Shown: in pieces, positions 38,433-48,512 of the stretch
Layout of the letters: each line of letters starts with the position of its first letter
Position numbering within the stretch: the first letter of the stretch is position 1
Origin: an uncultured Candidatus Saccharibacteria bacterium
GTDB lineage: Bacteria > Patescibacteriota > SOKK01
Assembly (NCBI GenBank): GCA_964518965.1
Contig: CAZFJP010000003.1
Coordinates: 25,508-89,507, forward strand
DNA length: 64,000 nucleotides
Direction of reading: 5' to 3'
The notes under the pieces: model-generated
The model's input: the letters and a program-made list of their open reading frames with translations, nothing else
What the model was told of the DNA's origin: nothing
Database searches by the model: none
Position numbers and translations under genes: made by a program

Positions 38433-38678
38433 TTGACAAGTTTCATAAGATGTGCTATACTCTTTGGTCAGCCCGGAAACTAATAGAAAAAAAGCGCGTA
38501 TTCAAGCGAAAATACTCTCTTCTTTCTGTTAGTTTTAGGGTAAAACCTAGGGCTAAACAGCGTACCAAACTCAATACTCAATCCATTATCCATTCAACTC
38601 CCCTAAGCAGGGGAAGGAGGTTCAGCCATGCGTTACTTAGTTATCGTTTTAACCCTCTCCCTGCTCTGCGCGGGGAGC
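38433..38678 (+). repeat. Duplicated promoter-leader-RBS-signal peptide cassette, copy A
   Basis: Near-identical to 39441-39673; TTGACA-17-TATACT. Confidence 0.9.
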
Positions 38679-39323
38679 GTGTTGGCGGAGACGACCTACC
38701 ACCATTGCGACCCCTTCACGGCCGGCCACTTGGTCGACGTGCCGGGTGTCGCGATGGCTTTGGTCCAAGGCGGTATTCCCGCCGGGACCGAGCCGTCTAC
38801 CCTTAAGAAGTTTTTAGAGGAGGGGGGCGTCAACGAAAAAATTCTTGAGGGATTTTTCGCCCAGGCCGATAAGGTCGGGGCGCCGATCCCAGAGGGACTC
38901 CACTCCTGGGCTTCCGTTGCGCCGGTTTTTATCAAGGCGCTAGAAGGCGGCAAAGTCGAAGTCCAGGAGATCAGCTACGGTGAAGTGATGTGGTGGGTCG
39001 GCTATGTGCCGAGTCACCCGATTAACGCCGTAGCGATTTTAACCCCCCCGCACTACTGGGCACTCGACTATCTTTTGCGGGTGTACGTTGTCCGCGGGGT
39101 TATAGTCGAGGTCGCAGGGGAGAAAGCCGAGTTGTTTATCGGTTTCATGGAGCCCTGCGGGAACTTAGTGTTCCTCGGCGGGGAAATCCTCGAGGAACCC
39201 GAGCCCGGGGTCGGTCAAAAAGGTCCGGCTCCGGGAAAGCCGCTGAAGGTCGGCAACAAACCGATCCGTAAGCCCATTATCGGGCATGAAAACTGGGTCG
39301 GTCCCTCCTTCGGCGGACCGTAA
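38628..39323 (+). CDS. Hypothetical secreted protein
   Basis: aaggaggt RBS, signal peptide MRYLVIVLTLSLLCAGSVLA, terminator hairpin at 39347-39377. Confidence 0.75.
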   Translation: MRYLVIVLTLSLLCAGSVLAETTYHHCDPFTAGHLVDVPGVAMALVQGGIPAGTEPSTLKKFLEEGGVNEKILEGFFAQADKVGAPIPEGLHSWASVAPVFIKALEGGKVEVQEISYGEVMWWVGYVPSHPINAVAILTPPHYWALDYLLRVYVVRGVIVEVAGEKAELFIGFMEPCGNLVFLGGEILEEPEPGVGQKGPAPGKPLKVGNKPIRKPIIGHENWVGPSFGGP

Positions 39324-39440
39324 CGCCAACAACGCCAACACAAACTGCCCCTCCTGAATCGCAAGATTCGGAGGGGCTTCTATCCTTTTTTGACTAAGCA
39401 ATTATTCAATTATTCAAAAGAGGCGTAGAATCAACTACTA

Positions 39441-39673
39441 TTGACAACTTGTCTACTTTATGCTATACTCTTTGGTCAGTCCGGAAACTAATAGAAAAAA
39501 GCGTGTATTCAAGCGAAAAGGTACTCTCTTCTTTCTGTTAGTTTTAGGGTAAAACCTAGGGCTAAACAGCGTACCAAAAAACTCAACCCATTCATCTCCC
39601 CTAAGCAGGGGAAGGAGGTTCAGTCATGCGTTACTTAATCGTTTTAACCCTCTCCCTGCTCTGCGCGGGGAGC
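39441..39673 (+). repeat. Duplicated promoter-leader-RBS-signal peptide cassette, copy B
   Basis: Near-identical to 38433-38678. Confidence 0.9.
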
Positions 39674-40483
39674 ACGTTTGCCGACCAAGGCGCCGGCGAG
39701 GATCCGTATCAGGACCTCTCGGCGACCAATCTCGCGGAACTGGACGCATTTGCGTTCGGGCCCATGCGGGAGCCGGACCGGGCAGTTTCTTTCTACGTTT
39801 CGCACTTAACGCGGGACGAGAAAGAATATCTCGGGACGGAGTACGAGCAGAATCTTCGGATTCTCTCGGAAACGTTCGGGATAGGGCTTGACCCTTGGCG
39901 GGACGACCGCTATGGGTTCAAGTTCGGAGCTTCCGTTACGGTACAAGATTTACTGTCGCGTAACAGCTCCGGCAAATCCTATCCCCTCGGTTTCGTGAAA
40001 TTCCGTCCCGTTTATTTCTGGAAGTTCTATGACGGGATGAACGACGGTTCGGTCGGAGATCTCGAAATCGGGTGTAGCGGTTTATACCGCTGGACCCGTT
40101 TCACGGATCTACCCGACACGGTTAAACCCGGCGCCGCTGTGGAACCGACCTTACAGGTTCGGTACCGCAGCGAACGTTGGGGCGTTTCGGCGATGGGAGG
40201 TTATTTGTATAACATCCAATCGAACCAGCACGAAGATTTCGTGCAGGGTAGAACGGATCTGTTCTGGCTCTGGGGTAAATCCTTGAGTCATGAGGTTAGC
40301 TCCTCCCTCGGCGTTGGCTATTTTAGGGCCACCGAGGGCCGCGACTATGCCTTAATTCCGAGTGTGACGCTCACGGACACCCTCTGGGATACCGTCGAGC
40401 TGACCGCCGGATACGACGCGGGACTGGTACAACATCGGCTTTATGCCAACACCTGGCGCTTCGGCGCTGGCGTTGCCTTCTAG
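39626..40483 (+). CDS. Secreted protein with beta-barrel-like C-terminal region
   Basis: Signal peptide, alternating amphipathic strands, terminal WRFGAGVAF; hairpin at 40510-40540. Confidence 0.6.
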   Translation: MRYLIVLTLSLLCAGSTFADQGAGEDPYQDLSATNLAELDAFAFGPMREPDRAVSFYVSHLTRDEKEYLGTEYEQNLRILSETFGIGLDPWRDDRYGFKFGASVTVQDLLSRNSSGKSYPLGFVKFRPVYFWKFYDGMNDGSVGDLEIGCSGLYRWTRFTDLPDTVKPGAAVEPTLQVRYRSERWGVSAMGGYLYNIQSNQHEDFVQGRTDLFWLWGKSLSHEVSSSLGVGYFRATEGRDYALIPSVTLTDTLWDTVELTAGYDAGLVQHRLYANTWRFGAGVAF

Positions 40484-40625
40484 CTTCATGCTAGCGCCGA
40501 CGACATCAAAGGGAACCTGGACTTTTAGTTCGGGTTCCCTCTACATCTTTTCCTGCTAAAACTAAATTAACAGTAAGAGATGTAGCGTTTCATTATTTAT
40601 CCATAAATTAATTAAAAGGAAAACT

Positions 40626-43600
40626 ATGAAAAACTTATTCAAAAAAGCAAGTAGAACCTTAGTCGGAATGGCTCTGGTGCTTTTAGTTAGTCAAATCATT
40701 GCACCGGCGCTTTCTACTCACGCTGATGGTTTTACTCCTGGTTTTAATACGAAACCGGGTGAAGCGGATTTTTATAAAATCCGCAATGTTACCAAAGGAA
40801 CAAGTTTTGGTAATAGTGTTCAGGCAGATCCCAAAGATGTGCTTGAATTTTCTATTTACTTTCATAACTCTGTTCCTTATTCTGTTGCTCGTGACTCTCG
40901 TGTCATGGCTAACTTTCCGGCTCAAACTAAGAACGGTAAAGTAACTACTACCGGATTTTTGGGTAGCAAAGATGCCCAGCCAGCAGAGATCCAGGATACT
41001 GCGGAAATTACTGCAGACGGTCAATATAATTTGACCCATGTTGCCGGCTCTACCTGGATGAAAAAGGGTGACGGCAATGGCAACTATCCGGAAACAAGAC
41101 CCCTTCCTAATGGTAATCAAATTACCCAGGAACGCGTCAGCATTGGCGATGTTGTTGGTGGTAATTTGGAATTCCAAGGTTGGGTTTATTTCCGTATGCA
41201 AGTAGGTCCTGCCGAACAGCCTCAAGAAAATTATTCTGTTAACATTGAACCCGACCGCAATGGTCAGGATTATGCCGGTCGTGAAGTAGCTTACAATCAT
41301 ACTATTACCAACACTGGTAATGTTACCGACAGCTACAATATTTCTGCGCAATCAAGCAAAGGTTGGAAGGTACGTCTTTCTAAAGACAGCACCAACCCGA
41401 CTGCTCCTAATCAAAGCCGTGACTTAACGGTTTGGGTTACTATTCCTTACGGTGCTTCTGCTAATGATGTAGATAGTACTGTGATTACGGTTACCTCTCG
41501 AACTCGCGGTAATGTTTCCGACCGGGTTACTGATCGCACCACTGTTTTAGAGCGTCAGGTTGAAGAGGCAGAGTTAGTATTGTCAGAAAAAGTAGACAAG
41601 ACAGAGGTTCAGCGCGATAATCCAAACGAATCTGCTCGCAATATTACCTATACAATGACTGTTACTAATATCGGTAATAAAGCTGCGGTGAACACTGTAT
41701 TGGTTTCTGATTTAGGTGATAACTTGGAAGGTAATGCTAACTTCATTAGTTACGGCGGTGGTCAACGTGATGGCAATAATTTAATTTATCGCATTGGTAG
41801 AATTGGGCCGGGTCAGACGGTAGAGAAGTGGTTTATTGCTGATGTCCGTTCTGATTTAGCGGACGGTTTCCGTTTAAGAAATCGCTCTTTGGTTTCTTAT
41901 GATACCGAAGGCAATGGTATTGCAGAACCGATTAATCCGGTTGAGATCTTAGATGCCACTGCTTGGAGTGAATATGTTTATACAATTGTTCGTGGTTCTG
42001 GTTTAGATTTAGCGGTTACTGACAATCGCACTGTTGCTGAACCGGGTGATACTTTGAACTATAAGCTTACTTTAAGCAATACGGGTTCTGGCCAAGGTTA
42101 TCGGGTGATTGTGAAGAATCAGGTCCCGAACTACTTAGAGAATGTTCGCAATATTAGCGATAGTGGTATCTATGATGCTTCCGCACGTGAAATTACATGG
42201 GTACCTCGGGTTATTGGTGGCAATGGTAGTCATACCTTTACCTTTAGTGCTGACATTGAAGCGGGTACTCCTCAAGGTACCGTGCTGGTTGACACTGCAA
42301 CTGCTTCTGCTAATAATGTTCCTTCAGTTTCTGCTTCTGATTCTACTTTGGTTCAATCACAAGCCAAGTTGAATCTTGTTGAAGCAGTAGATAAAGCGGA
42401 TGTTCAAAGAGATGATTCAACTCCTGGTGCCAACGAAGTTACTTATACTTTGACTTTATCCAACAATGGTTCTGGTCCTGCCAGTCATGTCATTGTCCGC
42501 TCTGATTTAACGAGCATTTTGCAAAGTGCGACTATTATTGATACTGGCGGCGGTACTATTAGTGGCAATGAATTAAGTTATGCGCCAGTTGATCTTAATG
42601 TTGGTGATGCAGTTACCTTTACTTTCCGTGCGCAGGTCAATGCTTCGGCAGCTGACGGTGCAGTGATGACTAATCAATCTACGGCGGAATACGAAGTTGG
42701 TTTTCCGGAGGGTGTTAGTTTGGCTGTGGTTCGTAGCAATACGGTTAATACTACTATTCATGCGCCGTTCTTGACTTTAACCAAAACTGATAATAAGGAT
42801 ACAACTCAGCCGGGTGATACTTCTAATTATGAAGTGAGAATTGTTAATACCGGTTCTGGTAGTGCCTATGAAGTGAATGTCGTGGATTACTTGCCGCAAT
42901 ATCTGGAAAATATTACCGATATTTCTGACGGAGGTGTCTACGATGCTACTACCCATACCATTACTTGGAGCAATTTAACTGTTGATGGTACTGGTGGTGC
43001 GGATGCAGTAGTCCCTCAAGTCATGAAGGTCCTAACCTTTGGTGGCGAGGTCTCTACAAGCGCTTCTCACGACACAATCTTATTGAACCGCGCAGTGTTA
43101 ACTGCTCGCAATCTTGCCCAATTAGAAGCCACCGATGAAACTCGTGTAGTTGCGGAACCGGTTCTTGATTTAGCCAAAACTGTTGATGTTAATGGTACTG
43201 ATCGCGCTACGGCTCGTCCTGGCGATACCTTAACCTATACTATTACTTATGGTAATAGCGGATTGGGTGCTGCAGGCAATGTGGTCTTGCAAGATCGTTT
43301 GCCGCAATATGTCACTTATGTTTCCGGTAGTGCTACCAATGGTGGTACTTACAACGGCTTGAATCGCATGATTACTTGGAATTTAGGTAATTTGGCGGTC
43401 GGCGATATTGGTTCGGTTTCTTTTCAAGTAACTGTTAATAGTGATGTTCCGCATAATTCTACAATTCGTAACCGTGCCGTTATTGTAGCCGATGGCGGAT
43501 TCAGTAACAAAGCATTTGCAGATATTTTAGCGGAACAATTGCCGGCTCTCTTTGTTCAAAAGAGCGTAGATAAAACTAATACCAAACCGGGTGATATTCT

Positions 43601-44075
43601 TACCTACACAGTCCGTTATGGCAATAACTCTCCTTATGTTTCTGCTTTCAATGCAGTTCTAACCGATGATTTATCTGGTTATGTGACTTATGTTTCGGGC
43701 AGTGCTACTTCTAGTGGTGTTTATAACAGCACTAACCATACGCTTACTTGGAACTTGGGTACTCTACCTCCCCGAAGTTCAGGTTCAGTTACCTATCAAG
43801 TAAGAGTGAATAGTGATGTTCCCAATGGAGCAATCATTAGAAACACCGTGACTTTGACTGCAAGTTATGTTGACCCAGTCAGACACTCTGTTGCAAGTTT
43901 GTCAGAGAGGGGAGTTGTGGAGAGTACAGTTACTACGAGAGTTAGCTTCCCGGGCAGCTTAACCAAGACCGGAGTGGGCTTGATTGGTTTAATCGCTCTT
44001 GTGATTACCTTCTTGATCACACTACTTGTTACTTCTCCGCGTTTCAAAGAATATCTTACCCGCTTAAAGCGTTAA
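40626..44075 (+). CDS. Large DUF11-repeat surface protein with C-terminal anchor
   Basis: Signal peptide; repeated K.VD....PGD.LTY.I...N.G...A..V...D.LP...ITW units; LTKTG, TM helix and basic tail. Confidence 0.88.
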   Translation: MKNLFKKASRTLVGMALVLLVSQIIAPALSTHADGFTPGFNTKPGEADFYKIRNVTKGTSFGNSVQADPKDVLEFSIYFHNSVPYSVARDSRVMANFPAQTKNGKVTTTGFLGSKDAQPAEIQDTAEITADGQYNLTHVAGSTWMKKGDGNGNYPETRPLPNGNQITQERVSIGDVVGGNLEFQGWVYFRMQVGPAEQPQENYSVNIEPDRNGQDYAGREVAYNHTITNTGNVTDSYNISAQSSKGWKVRLSKDSTNPTAPNQSRDLTVWVTIPYGASANDVDSTVITVTSRTRGNVSDRVTDRTTVLERQVEEAELVLSEKVDKTEVQRDNPNESARNITYTMTVTNIGNKAAVNTVLVSDLGDNLEGNANFISYGGGQRDGNNLIYRIGRIGPGQTVEKWFIADVRSDLADGFRLRNRSLVSYDTEGNGIAEPINPVEILDATAWSEYVYTIVRGSGLDLAVTDNRTVAEPGDTLNYKLTLSNTGSGQGYRVIVKNQVPNYLENVRNISDSGIYDASAREITWVPRVIGGNGSHTFTFSADIEAGTPQGTVLVDTATASANNVPSVSASDSTLVQSQAKLNLVEAVDKADVQRDDSTPGANEVTYTLTLSNNGSGPASHVIVRSDLTSILQSATIIDTGGGTISGNELSYAPVDLNVGDAVTFTFRAQVNASAADGAVMTNQSTAEYEVGFPEGVSLAVVRSNTVNTTIHAPFLTLTKTDNKDTTQPGDTSNYEVRIVNTGSGSAYEVNVVDYLPQYLENITDISDGGVYDATTHTITWSNLTVDGTGGADAVVPQVMKVLTFGGEVSTSASHDTILLNRAVLTARNLAQLEATDETRVVAEPVLDLAKTVDVNGTDRATARPGDTLTYTITYGNSGLGAAGNVVLQDRLPQYVTYVSGSATNGGTYNGLNRMITWNLGNLAVGDIGSVSFQVTVNSDVPHNSTIRNRAVIVADGGFSNKAFADILAEQLPALFVQKSVDKTNTKPGDILTYTVRYGNNSPYVSAFNAVLTDDLSGYVTYVSGSATSSGVYNSTNHTLTWNLGTLPPRSSGSVTYQVRVNSDVPNGAIIRNTVTLTASYVDPVRHSVASLSERGVVESTVTTRVSFPGSLTKTGVGLIGLIALVITFLITLLVTSPRFKEYLTRLKR

Positions 44076-44339
44076 GGAATTTCGGTAGTTGCAATAAACT
44101 AAAAGCCCTTGCTTGAATAAAGTAGGGGCTTTTAGAATACATAGGATAAAATCAAAAAGCAAAAATCAAAATGCAAAGGTAAATGTAAAAGGCAGGATTA
44201 AAGTATTATTAGAGTTGAAGAAAGTAAAACGAGAGAATCCCAATTTTTGCATTTTGTTTTCAATTTTGCTTTTTGCCTTTTGCGTTTTGCTTTTTAGCAA
44301 TGCTTATGTTATAATGTCTTGTGCTTAATAATTAAAATA

Positions 44340-47150
44340 ATGCGTTTGGAAGCAAAAATCTGGTTAATTATTCTTGGTATTAGTTCTCTTCTGGGAGCTC
44401 TTTTTGTAGGGGTCAATTTCTCTCAGGCAGAACAAAATGAATTCAAAGGTACTCTTTATAAAGAGCTGCCATCGTTTGATATTAGAAGGGACGGCATGGG
44501 GGTTACTGAGTCGGGTAAGCAATTTCAATCTGAAATTATCAAAACTGATTTTGGTTTTAATGCCGTTGGTTTTGTTTGGAAACAGCCGAAAGAAAATACT
44601 TACCGGCTTAAAATTAGAACGGGGACGAGTAGGAGTGCACTTAGCTCTTGGAGAACTTTATCGCTAATGGATGATGTCAAAGATGGTAGTGATCGAACAT
44701 CTACTGATCTTTATTTTCCCGATCAGAAAAGTAATTATTTCCAATATCAGCTTGAATTATTAAGAGGAGATCAATTAATTCTTGAGCAGTTTAAGCCAGT
44801 TTATCTTGATTCCACTGATTCTCAGTTTCAAACTCAAACAAGCACACAATCAAATAGTAGCCCGTATATTATTTCTCGTGCTGATTGGGGCTGTAATGAG
44901 AGTTTGATGACTTGGACGCCGGAGTATGCGCCAGTACGCAAAATTATTGTTCATCATACTGCTGGGCCCAATAATCCTTCTGATCCCAAAGCAACAATTC
45001 GGGGGATTTACCAGTATCATGCGGTAACTTTGGGTTGGGGTGATATTGGTTATAATTATTTAGTTGATCAATATGGCAATGTCTACCAAGGACGTAAGGG
45101 AGATAATGGTGTCATTGGCGGACATGCCTCTGGTTATAATACTGGCAGCGTTGGTATAGCAGTTTTAGGTACTTATACTAGTGTTGCGCCAAGCAGTGCC
45201 GCAAGAAACGCAGTGGCAAAAGTTTCGGCTTGGAAAGCAGCTTATAATGGTTTTAAGCCAAACGAAAAGAGTTCCTGGAAAGATGAGTATACCTATAATG
45301 TTGCTGGTCATCGGGATTATAATTCTACTGCTTGTCCGGGTAATGCTTTTTATAGTTGTCTTTCTTCAATCCGTTCCACAGCTTACAACAGTTATTTTAA
45401 AAATTATGAACCAGGAGCCGTTACTGATCTTCGGGTAGTAGCAAGACAACCCGATCAAGTGGAATTGGAATGGACAGCTTCAGGAGGGTTCTGGGAATAT
45501 GGTTTGCCGGAAGTTACTCAAATCTTTTATTCCACAACTCCGATTAAGGACCAGTATTCTTTTTTGGGAGTAGTAGCGGTAGCTCCAGAGATACCAGGTT
45601 CGCTTCAGCGGGAAACAGTAACTGGTCTTTCGCCGGGAGTAAGATATTACTTCGCTGTCCGGTCTAAGAACTGGAATAACAAGTGGAGCACGGTTTCTAA
45701 GAATGCCTGTGATTTTACCAAGCCAATTGTTGATTTTTTAGCTTCAGCTACTCTGGATAGCCCTTATGATACAGCGCCGGGAGGAAATCTCTATCTCTGG
45801 CGGACTTATAATTTTAGTACTGTTCTGGGTGGTACTTTGCGGGTTGAGCTAACCGGGCACGCTGATGCTAATGGTAGTTCAGATGATGACGATCTGAAGT
45901 TAATTTTAGATGGCAATGACTATGGTTGGGGTGGAGAGTATGGTCTTGATGGTAATGTCCAAGATAGTAGAGTAAAGACAATTTTGATTGAGGTAAATTC
46001 TTCTGTCGGTGATCATACTCTGGAAATTTGGGCGGATGAAACTCCCACTTTGCATAATTTCTATATTGAAGGACCAAATTGTGAGGGTAGAAGTTTTGCT
46101 ATTTATCCTCAAGAAGAAACTCCCGATTTAAATATTGCTTTATTTAAAGAATACCAATTTGAAGTAGCGGAGGCAGGGGATTATAAAATAGAAGTTACGG
46201 CTACTGCGGATAGTAATGGTTCTGCTGATGATGATGATTTACGGTTTATGATTGATGATACTGATTATGGTTGGACGGGAACAAATGGTTTTGATGGCAA
46301 GACCGAAAAGGGTCGGGAAAAAACAGTTACGGTTAACCAAAATTTAACCGCCGGGATGCATACAATTAAAATTTATGCGGATGAAACTCCGGTTCTGAAT
46401 GCCATCGAAGTTTATCCTGCCATTGATTTACAGAAAGTGTCCAGTTTGGCAGCTAATCAAAGTGGTAATTCGCGAGATCTCAACTGTGCTTTATGGCGTA
46501 TCAAGCAGTTTACTTCTGAGGGAGGAGCAGCAAAAATTAAAGTGCAGGTTGCTGCTGATAGTAATGGTTCTGCTGACGATGATGATCTGAAAATTGTTTT
46601 GGATAATGTTGATTATCACTGGAATTCCAACAAAAGTTTTGATGGGTCTTTAAATCAAAGTCAGTCCTGCACGATTGTCATTAATCAATTATTGTCTCCC
46701 GGGATACATACAATTAAAGTTTATGTTGATGAAACTCCTAATTTACAGAATATTGAAATCTTCGCGACCCCCTCTGTTCAAAATTATTTGGTGGAAAGTT
46801 ATCCGGAGGAAGTAGCAACCGGTTTGCGTACAGAATTGTGGAAGGATACTGATTATAGCTTTACTTTAACTTCTAACGCGACAGTGAAAATGGAGGTGGT
46901 TGGTGCAGCGGATAGTAATGGCAGTAACAATGATGATGATTTAAAATTGGTCTTAGTTAAAACTAATAATCCTCCAGCGACTTATGACTATGGTTGGAAT
47001 AATGATTTTGCCTTAAATGGTGCAGTTTTAAATAGTGCCTCAAAATTAGTTACCATTACTCGTACTCTTCTTGCCGGCAATTATAAATTACAGATTTGGG
47101 GCGATGCTACTCCTACACTGAATTCGGTAATTATCTCAAAGGTAAATTAA
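44340..47150 (+). CDS. N-acetylmuramoyl-L-alanine amidase (Amidase_2/PGRP-like) with FN3 and four acidic repeat domains
   Basis: IISRADWG, IIVHHTAG, GWGDIGYNYLVD..G..YQGR, GHRD...TACPG; four ADxNGSxxDDDL repeats. Confidence 0.88.
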   Translation: MRLEAKIWLIILGISSLLGALFVGVNFSQAEQNEFKGTLYKELPSFDIRRDGMGVTESGKQFQSEIIKTDFGFNAVGFVWKQPKENTYRLKIRTGTSRSALSSWRTLSLMDDVKDGSDRTSTDLYFPDQKSNYFQYQLELLRGDQLILEQFKPVYLDSTDSQFQTQTSTQSNSSPYIISRADWGCNESLMTWTPEYAPVRKIIVHHTAGPNNPSDPKATIRGIYQYHAVTLGWGDIGYNYLVDQYGNVYQGRKGDNGVIGGHASGYNTGSVGIAVLGTYTSVAPSSAARNAVAKVSAWKAAYNGFKPNEKSSWKDEYTYNVAGHRDYNSTACPGNAFYSCLSSIRSTAYNSYFKNYEPGAVTDLRVVARQPDQVELEWTASGGFWEYGLPEVTQIFYSTTPIKDQYSFLGVVAVAPEIPGSLQRETVTGLSPGVRYYFAVRSKNWNNKWSTVSKNACDFTKPIVDFLASATLDSPYDTAPGGNLYLWRTYNFSTVLGGTLRVELTGHADANGSSDDDDLKLILDGNDYGWGGEYGLDGNVQDSRVKTILIEVNSSVGDHTLEIWADETPTLHNFYIEGPNCEGRSFAIYPQEETPDLNIALFKEYQFEVAEAGDYKIEVTATADSNGSADDDDLRFMIDDTDYGWTGTNGFDGKTEKGREKTVTVNQNLTAGMHTIKIYADETPVLNAIEVYPAIDLQKVSSLAANQSGNSRDLNCALWRIKQFTSEGGAAKIKVQVAADSNGSADDDDLKIVLDNVDYHWNSNKSFDGSLNQSQSCTIVINQLLSPGIHTIKVYVDETPNLQNIEIFATPSVQNYLVESYPEEVATGLRTELWKDTDYSFTLTSNATVKMEVVGAADSNGSNNDDDLKLVLVKTNNPPATYDYGWNNDFALNGAVLNSASKLVTITRTLLAGNYKLQIWGDATPTLNSVIISKVN

Positions 47151-47263
47151 CTTTTTCAATTAAATCTGAAAAATAACCTCCTTATGGGAGGTTTTTGCTT
47201 TTTGTCAAAATTCTCAAAAGATGCTAAAATATCCTTGAAAATAGACATTTTTAAGCTAAATCT

Positions 47264-47902
47264 ATGGATATTAAATGGTTGGGACATTCGTGTTTTTTAC
47301 TCAAGGGGGGCAAAGTCACTCTTGTAACAGATCCTTTTTCTGCTGAAACGGGACTTAAAGTTCCCAATGTCCAAGCAGATATCGTTACGATCAGTCATGA
47401 TCATTTTGACCATAATAATGCCACTGCGATTTCTGGCGAACCTTTTATTGTTAAAAGTCCGGGCGAGTATGAGGTGAAGGAAGTTTTCATCAATGGCATT
47501 CCTTCCTTTCATGATGAAAGTGAAGGCAGGGAGCGAGGGGAAAATACTATTTATGTAATTGAAATTAATGGTTTTCGCATTTGTCACTTGGGTGACTTGG
47601 GGCATAAATTGACTGACGTTCAGCTGGCGATGATTGAGAATATTGATGTGCTCTTAATTCCTGTCGGTGGCAAGTTTACCTTAGATGCAAAAAAAGCCGC
47701 GGAAGTAGTTGAGCAAGTTGAACCGCGTATTGTGATTCCAATGCACTATCATGTCAAAGGGCTTAAAGTAGAAGGTCTTACCGGTATTGAAGAATTTGCC
47801 AAGGAAATGGGTGTCAAAGAAATTAAATCCCAATCTACTCTCAAACTTAAACGTGACCAGCTCCCGCAAGATAAAACCGAGGTAGTATTTCTAAATAAGT
47901 AA
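47264..47902 (+). CDS. Metallo-beta-lactamase fold hydrolase
   Basis: WLGHSCF, TDPF, SHDHFDH, PGEYE, HLGDLG, IPVGG, IPMHY. Confidence 0.9.
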   Translation: MDIKWLGHSCFLLKGGKVTLVTDPFSAETGLKVPNVQADIVTISHDHFDHNNATAISGEPFIVKSPGEYEVKEVFINGIPSFHDESEGRERGENTIYVIEINGFRICHLGDLGHKLTDVQLAMIENIDVLLIPVGGKFTLDAKKAAEVVEQVEPRIVIPMHYHVKGLKVEGLTGIEEFAKEMGVKEIKSQSTLKLKRDQLPQDKTEVVFLNK

Positions 47903-47963
47903 CAAGAGTGTCCATTTTATTTACGTTTTAGATTTGTCCTGTATCAGTCGGTACAGAGCGCAG

Positions 47964-48038
47964 GCGGGAGTAGTTCAGTGGTAGAATGCAACCTTCCCAA
48001 GGTTGAGGTCGCCGGTTCAAATCCGGTCTCCCGCTCCA
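47964..48038 (+). tRNA. tRNA-Gly(CCC)
   Basis: GCGGGAG/CTCCCGC acceptor, CAACC-TTCCCAA-GGTTG, CCA. Confidence 0.97.
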
Positions 48039-48327
48039 TCTGAAATAAATTAGAATGTAGAATGTAGAAAATAAGTTAAGAAAGTTCTTCAGGATTTACT
48101 TCCTATTCTCTATATTCCAATTCCTATTTTGTTTACTAAAACAAGTAGAATGGAGAAGTTAGAACAGAGAAAATGAATCAAGTAAGTCATCCAAGGCTTA
48201 ATTTCTACATTCTAATTTCTATGTTATTTAGTGCTGAGGTAGCTTAGCCTGCCATGTAGTGGGACTTCACAGAAGTTTTAAAGATTATTTTAATGTCTTA
48301 TCTCATTGTAAATTCAAATTTTCGTGT

Positions 48328-48378
48328 GCCGACGTAGCTCAGCCCGCCTATGTCCAAAAGGCTTCGGCGGACTGGTAG
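48328..48378 (+). pseudogene. tRNA-Thr 5' fragment with palindromic D-loop insert
   Basis: gccgacgtagctcag [cccgcctatgtccaaaaggcttcggcgga] ctggtag; an older degenerate copy starts at 48233. Confidence 0.8.
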
Positions 48379-48436
48379 CAAATCCTGATAATTTATTTAT
48401 TTTTAATTTTTAAGTTTTAATTTCTAACTTTCGCCC

Positions 48437-48512
48437 GCCGACGTAGCTCAGTTGGTAGAGCAGCGGTTTCGTAAATCGCGGGTCAGCGGTTCGAATCCGC
48501 TCGTCGGCTCCA
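48437..48512 (+). tRNA. tRNA-Thr(CGT)
   Basis: GCCGACG/CGTCGGC acceptor, GCGGT-TTCGTAA-ATCGC, CCA. Confidence 0.97.

Noticed and set aside
38284-40580. Loose direct repeat ctaaa(a)ttaac.g..aagag bounding the two duplicated cassettes
   Set aside because: Short, AT-rich and mismatched; not distinguishable from chance by eye.
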